DNA of 64,000 nucleotides from Marispirochaeta sp. (GCA_963676835.2 CAXXFF010000001.1:352001-416000), one strand, 5' to 3'. Shown: positions 18,899 through 29,162, numbered from the stretch's first letter. Numbers and translations: made by a program. Notes: generated by a model not told the origin, from the sequence alone.

Positions 18899-21330
18899 TG
18901 AAACGCGCTCCTCATTCCTTGTCCCCCCCATCATTTTCCGTAACCCTTACGGAAAATATGAAATTCTCAGGGCCCGATGCAGAGTTGAATATCCGCGGTC
19001 TTTACCCGGGGATATACGAAATAAGGTATGATTTCAACGCCTGCCCCGTGGAACCGGACCTTGAAGATGCAGCTGCCGAACTGGCAGATCCGGGGTTTGT
19101 TCCGGAACCGGTAACTTTTTCGACAGAATCCGAAGGAGACCTCTGCAGGGCCGAAGACGGGAATATCCGGCTTGAGATTGATCTGCCCAGCGGCACCGTA
19201 TCCGTTTTCCGGCGGGGCACCCTGATTCATGGAGGTCTCATCGGAAGCTCCGATACGGTGGTTCCCCGGTTTCCACTGCGGGTATACGGTGCGCCACCGC
19301 GGCATGTACAGGGTGTCTTTAATTTTCCCATGGACGCGGGAGACCGTTTCTACGGTCTGGGCGATAAGGGCGGCAGTCCGAACCGCCGCAACCGGCGCTT
19401 CCTTCTTCACAGCCGGGATGCCCTGGGATATAAGGGAGACTTCGCCGATCCCCTCTACAAATCAATTCCCTTTGTCATCAAGTGGAACCCCTCGTCTGGA
19501 ACGTGGATCGGCATCGCGGTGATGGCAACAGATATTGTGCGCGCTGATTTCGGTGTGGAGAGTCAGTATTTCTACTCATTTGCCTTAAGAAACGGACCTT
19601 ACCGTTATGTTCTTTTTACCGGAGATTCATACGGTGATATTCTCGAAGGCTACCTTAAACTTACCGGAAAGCCTGCCTTTCCCCCGGCTTTTACCTTCGG
19701 TTTCCTTGGATCATCCATGGATTATGTTGAAACAGACGATGGAGAAGAACGAGTAGCTGCATACTTTGACACAGTGGAATCACGGGAAGTACCCTGTGAA
19801 GGACTGTATCTGTCAAGCGGATATTATAAATCCGACAATGGACACCGGCACAGCTTTCTGTGGAACCTGCGCAAGTTTCCGGATCCGAATGAGTTTATCG
19901 GCACTATCCGGAAACGTGGATACCATGTGGCGGCCAATCTCAAACCGGGAATACTCATTGATCACCCGAATTATAATAAATTCATCAGTGAGAACAGTCT
20001 GGTTAAAGATGGAGACGGTGAACCCTACGTGGAATTCTACTGGGGGGAAAACGCCTCTTTCTGGGATTTTATAAGCTCCTCAGGGGTTTCCAACTGGAAA
20101 CGTGAGTTAAGGGCATTCCTCATAGACAGGGGTGTGGATGGAATCTGGAATGACAATAACGAGTATGAGATAGAAGACACCACCGTTCCTGCCCATTCCC
20201 AGCGAAGTACCATGGCCCTGAGGATGTCCCGGGCATCATATGAGGAACTCCTTTCTGCCCATCCCGGACAGCGTCCATGGGTTATCAGCCGTTCCGGAGG
20301 CATCGGAATTCAGCGCTATGCAAGAACCTGGAGCGGAGATAACGGCAGCGACTACGAAAGCCTCCGGGCGAACCTGCTTATGGGTTCCTCCATGGGTTTG
20401 AGCGGACTCCCGTTTTTCGGACATGATGTGGGGGGATTTTACGGGGGACCTCCTGATGCGGTACAGTTTCTGCGCTGGTGTCAGTCCGCTGTTTTCCAGC
20501 CCCGCTTTGTAATCCATTCATGGACAGCCCATGGAAAACCCACGGAGCTCTGGAGTTTCGAAGGTTATTTCGATGCTCTCAGATCCCTTGTACTTCAGCA
20601 CTACGAGTTTCTCCCCTACACCTATTCCCAGGCATACCTGTCGCACCGGACAGGGAAACCTGTTCAGCGGCTTCTGACTCTTGAGTTTCCGGAAGATCCC
20701 GGACTTTCTGACGACACCGCAGCCTATCTGTACGGAGACGCAATTCTGGTCCTGCCGGTGGTAACACCGGACACCGACGAAGTCCGGCTCCGCCTTCCTG
20801 AATGCTGCAGCTGGTACGATCCGGAAAACGCCGGTATTATTACCGGCGGTACCGGGTTCACCTCGAAGGTCAGCGACGGCCGTACCCGCCATCTTCTCAG
20901 GACTCCCTCAGCGGTATTCCGCAGTAATGATCCAGTCAGACATTTCAACGGCTGGCTGCCGGCCATGCAGCTTGATGTATATCCCCCTGACGGTGAGCAT
21001 TCAGACAGCCGCTCTCCCGGCAGCAGCGGAAAAGCTGTATACCGCACCTGGATCTTCGAGGATGACGGAATATCCTTCCCGGAAGCAGGAAACTTCAGAC
21101 TCTGTACCGTAGAACTGACAGACAGCGGCGGCGGTACCTTTCTTCTGAAGATTACCCGCAGTGATCCCGGCAGCTGGGTCCCTGATGATCCCGGACGGAG
21201 TCTGAGTATTAATCTGCCTGAGGGATTTGCTTTTCCCGATAAAAATCAGTCCATGACGATTCCTTTCATGGGGGATTTTTTCAGGGCAGAGTTTATAATC
21301 AGCGGTCACTACAGAGTTATCTGCACATAA
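18898..21330 (+). CDS. GH31 glycoside hydrolase, Aec37-like subgroup
   Basis: FYGLGDK, DPLYKSIPF, LYLSSGY, NLKPG, nucleophile GIWNDNNE, acid/base TWSGDN, GHDVGGF. Confidence 0.88.
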   Translation: MKRAPHSLSPPSFSVTLTENMKFSGPDAELNIRGLYPGIYEIRYDFNACPVEPDLEDAAAELADPGFVPEPVTFSTESEGDLCRAEDGNIRLEIDLPSGTVSVFRRGTLIHGGLIGSSDTVVPRFPLRVYGAPPRHVQGVFNFPMDAGDRFYGLGDKGGSPNRRNRRFLLHSRDALGYKGDFADPLYKSIPFVIKWNPSSGTWIGIAVMATDIVRADFGVESQYFYSFALRNGPYRYVLFTGDSYGDILEGYLKLTGKPAFPPAFTFGFLGSSMDYVETDDGEERVAAYFDTVESREVPCEGLYLSSGYYKSDNGHRHSFLWNLRKFPDPNEFIGTIRKRGYHVAANLKPGILIDHPNYNKFISENSLVKDGDGEPYVEFYWGENASFWDFISSSGVSNWKRELRAFLIDRGVDGIWNDNNEYEIEDTTVPAHSQRSTMALRMSRASYEELLSAHPGQRPWVISRSGGIGIQRYARTWSGDNGSDYESLRANLLMGSSMGLSGLPFFGHDVGGFYGGPPDAVQFLRWCQSAVFQPRFVIHSWTAHGKPTELWSFEGYFDALRSLVLQHYEFLPYTYSQAYLSHRTGKPVQRLLTLEFPEDPGLSDDTAAYLYGDAILVLPVVTPDTDEVRLRLPECCSWYDPENAGIITGGTGFTSKVSDGRTRHLLRTPSAVFRSNDPVRHFNGWLPAMQLDVYPPDGEHSDSRSPGSSGKAVYRTWIFEDDGISFPEAGNFRLCTVELTDSGGGTFLLKITRSDPGSWVPDDPGRSLSINLPEGFAFPDKNQSMTIPFMGDFFRAEFIISGHYRVICT

Positions 21331-21387
21331 CAGTGTAGAAAGAAACATACCAGACGATAACAAAGGAAAAAAGAATAAGGAAAACAT

Positions 21388-22347
21388 ATGAAAAGCTCTG
21401 TTCTTACATTCACAGCAGAAAGGAAGGCTGAATTCATTGACCGCAGCCTGCCGGGACTTTCCGACGGCCAGGCACTGGTGGAGAACCTGGTCAGTTTACT
21501 GAGCCCGGGAACAGAACTGGCACTGTTTACCAGAAGCCATATCGGGTTTGACGATCCGGACATTCAATGGGCCAGGTACCCGATTCCCGCTGGATATGCT
21601 TCGGCGGGAGTCGTCCGGGAGAGCAGGATTAAGGGGCTGAGACCGGGAAGCATGGTAATGCATTACGGACCCCACGCCGATTTTTCCATCATCGGAGACA
21701 GCCTTGTGCACTGGGCAGAAGTGCCGGACAATCTTGATCCGGAAACAGCCTGTTTCGCCCGTTTTGCACAGATAGCCCGCAGTGCCCGCATTGCCGCCTG
21801 CAGGACACCGAAAAAGGTCCTGGTTTACGGCGCGGGAATCGTGGGAAACCTGGCTGCCCAGTGGTTCAACCTGGAAGAGGCCGAGGATGTCCGCATCGCG
21901 GATTTGTCCCCTGAACGTCTTGCCATGGCTTCCGCCTGCGGCATCGCCGGTGACGGAGAAACCGGCACTGCTCCGGAGCTTTTTTCTCCGGATACTATTA
22001 TAGAAGCCACAGGCTCACCCGCAGTTATAGATACTGCCCTTAACCGGGTGGAAAAACTCGGTCAGATTATTCTTCTCGGGTCCACCAGGGGCTTGGTCTC
22101 CCTTAACCTCTATAAACATATACACCGCAAACTTGTACTGTTAAGCGGTGCTCACGAAACTATCCAGGGAGAACAGGTGAAGGAAATTCTCAGACTAAGT
22201 CTGGATAAACTTGCCGGTGGATATCTTGTAGTATCCCCCCTCATAACCCACAGCATTAGTCCCGGAGAAATCGCCGGAATCTATGAAAAGATACTTGAAC
22301 AGCCCGGAAAATATACGGGCATACTGGTTCAATGGAGCAAAAAATGA
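21388..22347 (+). CDS. MDR-family alcohol dehydrogenase (SPGTE subtype without the canonical Zn cysteines)
   Basis: SLLSPGTE, GYASAG, VYGAGIVG Rossmann motif, IEATGS. Confidence 0.8.
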   Translation: MKSSVLTFTAERKAEFIDRSLPGLSDGQALVENLVSLLSPGTELALFTRSHIGFDDPDIQWARYPIPAGYASAGVVRESRIKGLRPGSMVMHYGPHADFSIIGDSLVHWAEVPDNLDPETACFARFAQIARSARIAACRTPKKVLVYGAGIVGNLAAQWFNLEEAEDVRIADLSPERLAMASACGIAGDGETGTAPELFSPDTIIEATGSPAVIDTALNRVEKLGQIILLGSTRGLVSLNLYKHIHRKLVLLSGAHETIQGEQVKEILRLSLDKLAGGYLVVSPLITHSISPGEIAGIYEKILEQPGKYTGILVQWSKK

Positions 22348-23192
22348 AAATCGGACTGGAACGTTTTTCGGGAATAGCGGATGAAGGCTCAGCGTCGATT
22401 TCAAGACAGCTGGAAATCCATAAACAACTGGGATGGAGCAGCATCGAACTGCGAACGGTGGAAGGCAGAAATATCTGTGAAATGGATGACAGGGATTTCG
22501 AACAAGTTGCCGCGGCTGTAATCGATACTGGATTTTCCGTTTCCGCATTCGGTTCCGCCATTGCCAACTGGTCCCGTCCGGTTACCGGAGATTTCTCCAT
22601 CGACCGGCATGATCTGCTCAGGGCCGTCCCGCGGATGAAAACGCTCAACACCGATTATATACGGGTTATGTCATATACCTCCGGCGGACTTCCGGAAAGA
22701 GAGTGGGCAGAGGAAGCTCTGAAACGGCTGAAAGAACTGGTCCGTATTGCCGAGGGTGAAGGGGTTGTTCTTGTCCATGAAAACTGTGACGGATGGGCCA
22801 GTCAGACTCCGGCAAATCTTAAACGTATGCTGGGGGAAATAGACAGTAAGGCACTGCAGATTGTGTTTGATCCAGGGAATCCGCTTAACCACGGATCAGA
22901 ACCGGAGGAAGTCTGGGATTTTTATCACGCCGCAAAGCCGAGGATTGTGCATTTTCATATCAAGGACTGCTATGTAAATGAAGAAGGAAAACCGGAACAC
23001 TGTTTTCCCGGTCAGGGACAATGTGAAATACGCCCTATAGTTGAGGATCTCGAAGCTTCCGGATACCGGGGGATGTATGCAATCGAACCGCATATGACTG
23101 TGCAGATCCATAAAAGCATGGAAGGTGATGCCGAAGCCATGGAAAAAAACTATATCCAGTACGGTACAACTGCGGTTAAACTGTTATCATAA
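22344..23192 (+). CDS. Sugar phosphate isomerase/epimerase (AP endonuclease 2 / xylose-isomerase-like TIM barrel)
   Basis: SGIADE, IELR, LVHENC, VFDPGN, HFHIKD, AIEPH metal-ligand pattern. Confidence 0.88.
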   Translation: MKIGLERFSGIADEGSASISRQLEIHKQLGWSSIELRTVEGRNICEMDDRDFEQVAAAVIDTGFSVSAFGSAIANWSRPVTGDFSIDRHDLLRAVPRMKTLNTDYIRVMSYTSGGLPEREWAEEALKRLKELVRIAEGEGVVLVHENCDGWASQTPANLKRMLGEIDSKALQIVFDPGNPLNHGSEPEEVWDFYHAAKPRIVHFHIKDCYVNEEGKPEHCFPGQGQCEIRPIVEDLEASGYRGMYAIEPHMTVQIHKSMEGDAEAMEKNYIQYGTTAVKLLS

Positions 23193-23225
23193 AAGTAAGG
23201 AACCTTCAGGGAGACACCTCATGGT

Positions 23226-24707
23226 ATGGCGGAAAGAGATTTACAGATGACCTACGATCTGGCAATAATCGGTGCAGGAGTGGTAGGTTCCAGCATCGCC
23301 CGCAGGATGTCTGAATACAACCTCAATATTATCGTCCTGGAAAAAGCCACAGACATCAGCTTCGGTGTATCAAAAGCAAATTCCGGTATTGTTCATGGAG
23401 GTTTCCATTACCGCTCCGACACCCTGAAAGGCCGCCTTGAGATACGGGGAAACCTCCGTTATGACGAGCTTCAGAAAGAACTTCATTTTCCATTCAGGCG
23501 CTGCGGGATTCTGGTTGCTGCATTCAGCACGGAAGAAATGCGCCGGGTAGAGACCCTGTATCAGAACGGCGTGGAAAACGGGGCTATAGGTATAGAACTC
23601 TGCAATCGTGAAAGAATGCTGGCCCTGGAACCTAAACTCAACCCGGACAGTATCGGTGGACTGCACGCACCCAACGGAGGTATCGTAGAACCCTACCGCT
23701 TTGTTTTCGCCCTGATGGAATCAGCTCTGAAAAACGGGGTGATGCTGAAAACGGACTTCCAGCTGGGGGATGTACGGAAAAACGGCGGCAGTTTTGTGCT
23801 TAAATCCATCACCGGAGAAGAGGTCCGCACCCGCTGGGCGGTAAACGCCGCTGGTCTGTATGCCGATGAAGTATCCGCTCTCTTTGCGGCTGAACAATTC
23901 CGGATAACTCCCCGAAAAGGAGAAGAGTTTCTCCTGGACCGTAATGCCTCAGCATATACAAACAAGGTGGTTTTTCCCGTTCCGGAAATACACTCAAAAG
24001 GAATGCTGGTTATTCCCACAGTTGAAGGCACCACCATGATCGGCCCCACCGCCGAGATTCAGCAAAGCAAGGAAGACACCGCCACTACGGCTGAGAATTT
24101 TTCTCTGGCCTTTGCCAGCGCCCGCCGGCTGGTTCCGGTTGTTTCCGAAAGGGACATTATCACCAGTTTTTCAGGATTGAGACCGGTACTTGAGAATAAG
24201 GAAGACTTTTTTATCGCCCCGTCCAAAGCGGTACCGAGGCTGATTCAGGCTGCAGGTATACAAAGCCCCGGACTGACTGCAGCACCGGCAATAGCAGACT
24301 ATGTAAAAGACCTTCTGCGGGATGCGGGGCTTGAACTCCGGGAACGCCCGGGATATGACCCGATGATTCCCGAAATCACCAGGTTCCGCACCGCCGACCA
24401 GGCGACCCGGGACCGTCTGATCGCGGAAAACCCGGCTTACGGAGAAATTATCTGCCGCTGCGAGTCGGTCAGTGAGGCGGAAATTATCGAAGCCATCAGA
24501 CGGGGACATACTACCCTCGACGGCATAAAATTCTACACCCGTGCCGGGATGGGCCGCTGCCAGGGCGGCTTCTGCAGCTTCCGTATTCTAAAAATAATTG
24601 CCAGGGAAACCGGGATGGATATGCTGGAACTGACAAAACGGGGAAAAGGGAGCGAAATCCTCCGCTGCCGGATCGGCAGTATGCCGGTGGAGGAGACAGC
24701 AGAATGA
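23226..24707 (+). CDS. FAD-dependent oxidoreductase (GlpA/LhgO-like) with C-terminal BFD-like [2Fe-2S] domain
   Basis: IIGAGVVG, SKANSGIVHGG, VNAAGLYAD, IQSPGLTAAPAIA, ICRCE...TRAGMGRCQGGFC. Confidence 0.9.
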   Translation: MAERDLQMTYDLAIIGAGVVGSSIARRMSEYNLNIIVLEKATDISFGVSKANSGIVHGGFHYRSDTLKGRLEIRGNLRYDELQKELHFPFRRCGILVAAFSTEEMRRVETLYQNGVENGAIGIELCNRERMLALEPKLNPDSIGGLHAPNGGIVEPYRFVFALMESALKNGVMLKTDFQLGDVRKNGGSFVLKSITGEEVRTRWAVNAAGLYADEVSALFAAEQFRITPRKGEEFLLDRNASAYTNKVVFPVPEIHSKGMLVIPTVEGTTMIGPTAEIQQSKEDTATTAENFSLAFASARRLVPVVSERDIITSFSGLRPVLENKEDFFIAPSKAVPRLIQAAGIQSPGLTAAPAIADYVKDLLRDAGLELRERPGYDPMIPEITRFRTADQATRDRLIAENPAYGEIICRCESVSEAEIIEAIRRGHTTLDGIKFYTRAGMGRCQGGFCSFRILKIIARETGMDMLELTKRGKGSEILRCRIGSMPVEETAE

Positions 24708-26029
24708 AAACCCTGAGCTATGACTGTGCAGTAATAGGCGGCGGTGCAGCAGGAATGACCGCCGCAATGGAACTTGCAGACAGGGGCCGGTCGGTGGTGC
24801 TTATCGAGCGCGATGGCATGCTCGGCGGTATCCTCAACCAGTGCATTCATAACGGATTCGGCCTTCACTGGTTCAGGGAGGAACTTACGGGGCCGAAGTA
24901 TGCCGAGCGTTTTGCCGACCAGATTACCGGTTCAGGCATCGATGTATTTCTATCCATGACCGTGACTGAAATACAGAGAAAATCTGCAGAGTCTGCAGAA
25001 AATAGTAATCAGCAAACCGGCAGCCAGGTTATTGCAAGTTCAGCGCAAAGCGGAGTTATATCCTTCGAGGTGAAAGCAGTAATCCTTGCAATGGGATGCA
25101 GGGAAAGAAACCGCGGCAATATCGGCATTGCGGGCACACGGCCAGCAGGAATCTTCACCGCAGGTCTGGCTCAGCGGCTGGTTAATATTGAAGGATATGT
25201 ACCCGGATCCAGCTGCGTCATCATCGGCAGCGGTGATATCGGGCTGATTATGGCCAGACGCATGACATGGATCGGAGTAAAAGTGGAGGCTGTGGTAGAG
25301 ATTCAGCCCTACCCGGCCGGCCTCACCCGCAACATTGTCCAATGCCTTAACGACTTTCAGATTCCCCTCTACCTTTCCCACGAGGTAACAGAAATCCGCG
25401 GTAAAGACCGGGTGGAGGGAGTGCACATAGCCCCGGTGGACAGAAGTTCCGATGGATTTGATCTGGCCTGTGACACAATTCTGCTTTCTGTAGGACTGAT
25501 TCCCGACAATGAACTGATCCGTTCCGCCGGGATCACCATCCGTCAGGAGACCAGCGGTCCTGAAGTTGATGAATCACTTATGTGCTCCGCGGCAGGTGTA
25601 TTCGCCTGCGGCAATGTACTGCATGTACACGATCTGGTTGACTGGGTCAGTGAGGAAGCAAGCCGCTGTGCTGCTGCCGCTGACACATGGATCGGCCGTA
25701 GTAAAACATCCGCAGAACCCGGGAGCAGTGCCTTCACCATACGGGCGGGAGCAAATCTCCGCTATGTACTGCCCCATACCTGTACTTTCCCTGGTCCCGT
25801 ACGGTTCTCCATGAGAAGTATGATTGTATCAAACCGGGCAAGGGTGGAACTGCGCAGCGGTTCCAAAGTACTGGAAAGTAAATCCCTGCAGCACATTCAG
25901 CCCTCTGAAATGATTCATGTCGATGTCGATCCCTCCCAATGGACGGAACAGCCTGCCCCGGGAGTACTGGAGTTTCATATTATCAACAAAGAAAAAACAG
26001 CAGAAAGAGAAAACAGTGATGAACAGTAA
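24704..26029 (+). CDS. NAD(P)/FAD-dependent oxidoreductase, partner of the GlpA-like protein
   Basis: VIGGGAAG, GGILNQCIHNGFG, AMGCRER, GSGDIGLIMARR, GVFACGNVLHVHDLVD. Confidence 0.88.
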   Translation: MKTLSYDCAVIGGGAAGMTAAMELADRGRSVVLIERDGMLGGILNQCIHNGFGLHWFREELTGPKYAERFADQITGSGIDVFLSMTVTEIQRKSAESAENSNQQTGSQVIASSAQSGVISFEVKAVILAMGCRERNRGNIGIAGTRPAGIFTAGLAQRLVNIEGYVPGSSCVIIGSGDIGLIMARRMTWIGVKVEAVVEIQPYPAGLTRNIVQCLNDFQIPLYLSHEVTEIRGKDRVEGVHIAPVDRSSDGFDLACDTILLSVGLIPDNELIRSAGITIRQETSGPEVDESLMCSAAGVFACGNVLHVHDLVDWVSEEASRCAAAADTWIGRSKTSAEPGSSAFTIRAGANLRYVLPHTCTFPGPVRFSMRSMIVSNRARVELRSGSKVLESKSLQHIQPSEMIHVDVDPSQWTEQPAPGVLEFHIINKEKTAERENSDEQ

Positions 26030-26408
26030 CAGCCGGGAACTCATCTGTATAAGCTGTCCCATGGGCTGTCATCTTGATCTCAGATTTTCAGGCGACATTC
26101 AAGATGTCCGGGAGGGAGCTGATATAGAGGTACGGGGCAACCGCTGCCCCAGGGGGGACCTGTACGCCAGAGAGGAACTCCTCCGGCCCAGGCGTACCGT
26201 TACCGCCACTGTTTTCAGCGGTGAACATTTTCCCCGCATTCCGGTTAAAAGCAGCTCTCCCGTTCCCCGGGGAGACATCCCTTCCGTCCTGAACGATCTG
26301 TATCAGGTTCATGCATCTCTTCCGGTTACCTGCGGTCAGGTGATAGCCGTAATCAGAAATATAGAGTTTGTCGCCACCAGAAGTTTCAGGAATATCAATG
26401 AAGAATAA
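26019..26408 (+). CDS. DUF1667-family small Cys-rich protein
   Basis: LICISCPMGC, GNRCPRG..YA..E, PVKS; start taken at ATG 26019. Confidence 0.85.
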   Translation: MNSNSRELICISCPMGCHLDLRFSGDIQDVREGADIEVRGNRCPRGDLYAREELLRPRRTVTATVFSGEHFPRIPVKSSSPVPRGDIPSVLNDLYQVHASLPVTCGQVIAVIRNIEFVATRSFRNINEE

Positions 26409-27942
26409 GCATACAGGGCAGTATGATGCGGTGATAATCGGCGGAGGAATCGTCGGGACTGCCATCGCCTATCTACTTTCCCACCGCCGCAGAGACGGGA
26501 ATTCCCTGAAAATTGCGCTTGTAGAAAAAAGTGATGATTTTGCAGCCGGGGCAACCCGGTCAAACAGCGGAATCATTCATGGCGCATATGCCGCATCCCA
26601 TGAAACCCTCAAAGGCAAGTTAATGGCCAGAGGGAACATTCTCTGGCGCCGCTGGGCGGAAAGATTATCAGTTCCATACTCGGAACCCGGCGGAATGGTA
26701 CTTGCTTTCACCCGGGACCAGGAAGCAGTACTTGATTCCCTTGAAAAAAACGCTCGTATCAATACGCTGGATCCCCACAGACAAGCGGAAATAATTACCC
26801 CGGCCCGGATGCATACCCTGCAGGGGGGACTCTCCGCGAAAGTACAGGCGGCTCTTCTTGCACTGGATATTGCGCTGCTCTCCCCCTACGAAGCATGTAT
26901 CGCCCTGGGACAGGAGGCCGGCCTGCGAGGTACGGACCTGATGATGAATCATGAGGTGGTATCAATAGAACCGGGGGATAAAGATATTCTCACCCTTGGA
27001 CTTTCAGGTTCTGACGGTATTCGTCTGCTTTATTCTAAAACAGTTATTAATGCTGCAGGCTATGCCGCGGCATCTGTGGCGGCAATGGCAGGGGAAACAC
27101 CCTTTACACCCCGCTACCGGCGCGGTCAGTACATTGTATTTCAACGGGGCAGCGCCAAAGATCTTCACCATGTAATTTTCCAGGCCCCCGGCCCCGAAGG
27201 AAAGGGCATTCTGGTAACCCCCACCGCCTGGGGGAACCTTCTCATCGGCCCCAACGCCGAAGCTGTAGACGACCCGGTAGATACTTCCACAAGCCCGGAA
27301 GGACTTGAGGAAATTCTAAAGAAGGCATTTCTCAGTGTACCGGACCTTCCGGTACACCGGATGCTGCGGGATTTTGCAGGCATACGGCCCGGAATCGAAG
27401 GGGGAGATTTTTATATCAGTCAGTCTGACAGATATCCCGGACTCATACATCTGGGAGGCATCGATTCCCCCGGACTGACATCAGCCCCGGCAATTGCAGA
27501 AATGGTAACGGAAAAAGTGCTGAATATCCTGGGGGGAACCATATCAGAACTGAGTATGGATGTACTGTCCTGGCCAGCCGGGCCTGAAGTAATTCAGCCT
27601 ATGAAGGATATAAGTGATGATGTAAATCTGGAAGAAGGTAATCCCCGGCGGATTATCTGCCGCTGTGAGCAGGTCCGGCAGGGAACGATAGATGAAGCCT
27701 GCCGGGATGCCGGTAGAGCCGGCCTGGTTCTGAAAAACCGGGACAGCATAAAACGCCGCACCCGTGCAGGTATGGGTGCCTGTCAGGGGCAGTTCTGCAC
27801 ATCCGGAGTTGAATCAATCCTGCAGAAACAGTTTCACCTTACTCAGGAGCAGATTTTACCTGGAAGAAAACCGAGTTCCGAATTCAGGGAGTTTGCCAGT
27901 AAAATCAAACAGGGGAACAAAGACCATAATGACCAGAAATGA
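26398..27942 (+). CDS. Second FAD-dependent oxidoreductase (GlpA/LhgO-like) with BFD-like [2Fe-2S] domain
   Basis: IIGGGIVG, ATRSNSGIIHG, INAAG, IDSPGLTSAPAIA, ICRCE...TRAGMGACQGQFC. Confidence 0.88.
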   Translation: MKNKHTGQYDAVIIGGGIVGTAIAYLLSHRRRDGNSLKIALVEKSDDFAAGATRSNSGIIHGAYAASHETLKGKLMARGNILWRRWAERLSVPYSEPGGMVLAFTRDQEAVLDSLEKNARINTLDPHRQAEIITPARMHTLQGGLSAKVQAALLALDIALLSPYEACIALGQEAGLRGTDLMMNHEVVSIEPGDKDILTLGLSGSDGIRLLYSKTVINAAGYAAASVAAMAGETPFTPRYRRGQYIVFQRGSAKDLHHVIFQAPGPEGKGILVTPTAWGNLLIGPNAEAVDDPVDTSTSPEGLEEILKKAFLSVPDLPVHRMLRDFAGIRPGIEGGDFYISQSDRYPGLIHLGGIDSPGLTSAPAIAEMVTEKVLNILGGTISELSMDVLSWPAGPEVIQPMKDISDDVNLEEGNPRRIICRCEQVRQGTIDEACRDAGRAGLVLKNRDSIKRRTRAGMGACQGQFCTSGVESILQKQFHLTQEQILPGRKPSSEFREFASKIKQGNKDHNDQK

Positions 27943-29080
27943 TCTTGATAATTTCTGGAATACCGATGCAGCGGCAAAGCAGGAAAACTGCTTCAGCCTG
28001 GATGCTCACCGGGTTTCAATGGGCATACGCATGAGTGAGGAATGTGTCTACAGTGAATTGAAAGAACCCGGTGATCCCTGGAACATAGATGCCCTGCCTC
28101 TGCTGCGACGTGCGGAGCTTAATAAACGGTATAATGAAAAAGCGCTGAAAACCGTGGGCATCCCCCTGCTCCCGGAGCAGTTTCCCCCGGCAGAAGCAGT
28201 TTATCCGCCAATCAGACGCATCGGTGAGGTTTTCGGTGGAACCTACGCAAGGGGGTACCGTACCGGAGAATGGCTGCATCACGAAAAACTGCAAACCCCT
28301 GAAGATCTTACTGCCCAGCTTGACCAGGTTGACTCCATGCTTGCGGACGGGTACAGGAATCTCAGGAGCTTCATATACCCGGAAAACTGGGACGGAGAAA
28401 AAAAAAGGATTTACGGGGACTTTGGAATACTCCCTCCTCTTCTCCGCCACATCCGTGGTCCGGTTACTCTGGCGACTTCCCTGTACGGACTTGAAAAACT
28501 CTCCTATCTGGCTGTTGATGATGAAAACCTCTTTATCCGCTTCGGCCATACAATAGGTAGGGTTATTATTGCCATGGCGGAACTTTCCGACAGGGAAGCG
28601 GATTATTCCGGAGGAGATTCACCCCGGGGCTTCTCATTCGCCGATGACGACTGTTCTCTGTTCAGTCCTGATATGTACCGAAAATTCGGCCATCCGGTCC
28701 TGAAGGCTGTTTTCGAACAGTATGCACCGGACCCGGGAAACATGCGCTTTCAGCATTCCGACTCGGCCATGGCCCACCTCCTGCCGCAGCTTGGAACCCT
28801 GAATCTTACCGGATGCAACTTCGGCCCTACGGTTCTGGTTGAGGAGATACGGGAATTTCTCCCTCAAACCAGAATTGACGGATGCCTGGCACCCTTCACC
28901 TTTATGAGCAATGACAGGGAACAGATCCGCAAAGAAGTACGCCGGGACTGCGAAGCAGTTAAAAGGACTGGAACTCGGGGTCTCAACATTTATACTGCTG
29001 GTTCTATAAATGACGGCAGCTCACTGGAGAGTATGCTTGCCGTTATTGAAGCGGTTATTGAGTTCGGAAATTACAGGTAA
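27929..29080 (+). CDS. Uroporphyrinogen decarboxylase / cobamide methyltransferase-fold protein
   Basis: RGPVTLATSLYG.E, FADDDCSLFSPDMYRKF, FQHSD, DGCLAPF pattern of the URO-D/MtaA TIM barrel; start taken at ATG 27929. Confidence 0.75.
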   Translation: MTRNDLDNFWNTDAAAKQENCFSLDAHRVSMGIRMSEECVYSELKEPGDPWNIDALPLLRRAELNKRYNEKALKTVGIPLLPEQFPPAEAVYPPIRRIGEVFGGTYARGYRTGEWLHHEKLQTPEDLTAQLDQVDSMLADGYRNLRSFIYPENWDGEKKRIYGDFGILPPLLRHIRGPVTLATSLYGLEKLSYLAVDDENLFIRFGHTIGRVIIAMAELSDREADYSGGDSPRGFSFADDDCSLFSPDMYRKFGHPVLKAVFEQYAPDPGNMRFQHSDSAMAHLLPQLGTLNLTGCNFGPTVLVEEIREFLPQTRIDGCLAPFTFMSNDREQIRKEVRRDCEAVKRTGTRGLNIYTAGSINDGSSLESMLAVIEAVIEFGNYR

Positions 29081-29094
29081 TAAGTGTAATCATG

Positions 29095-29128
29095 AAAAAA
29101 GAGACCAGCCGTTGCTGAGCCTCTTTTT
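29095..29128. terminator. Probable bidirectional intrinsic terminator
   Basis: AAAAAAGAG..CAGC-CGTT-GCTG..CTCTTTTT between convergent genes. Confidence 0.55.
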
Positions 29129-29162
29129 CCAATCCATGTTCTGAACTTTTTCGCCTGTATTT

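Noticed and set aside
18898..21330. Sulfoquinovosidase (YihQ) assignment for the GH31
   Set aside because: The nucleophile context is WNDNNE rather than the WMADFGE type, and no sulfoglycolysis gene set was recognised.
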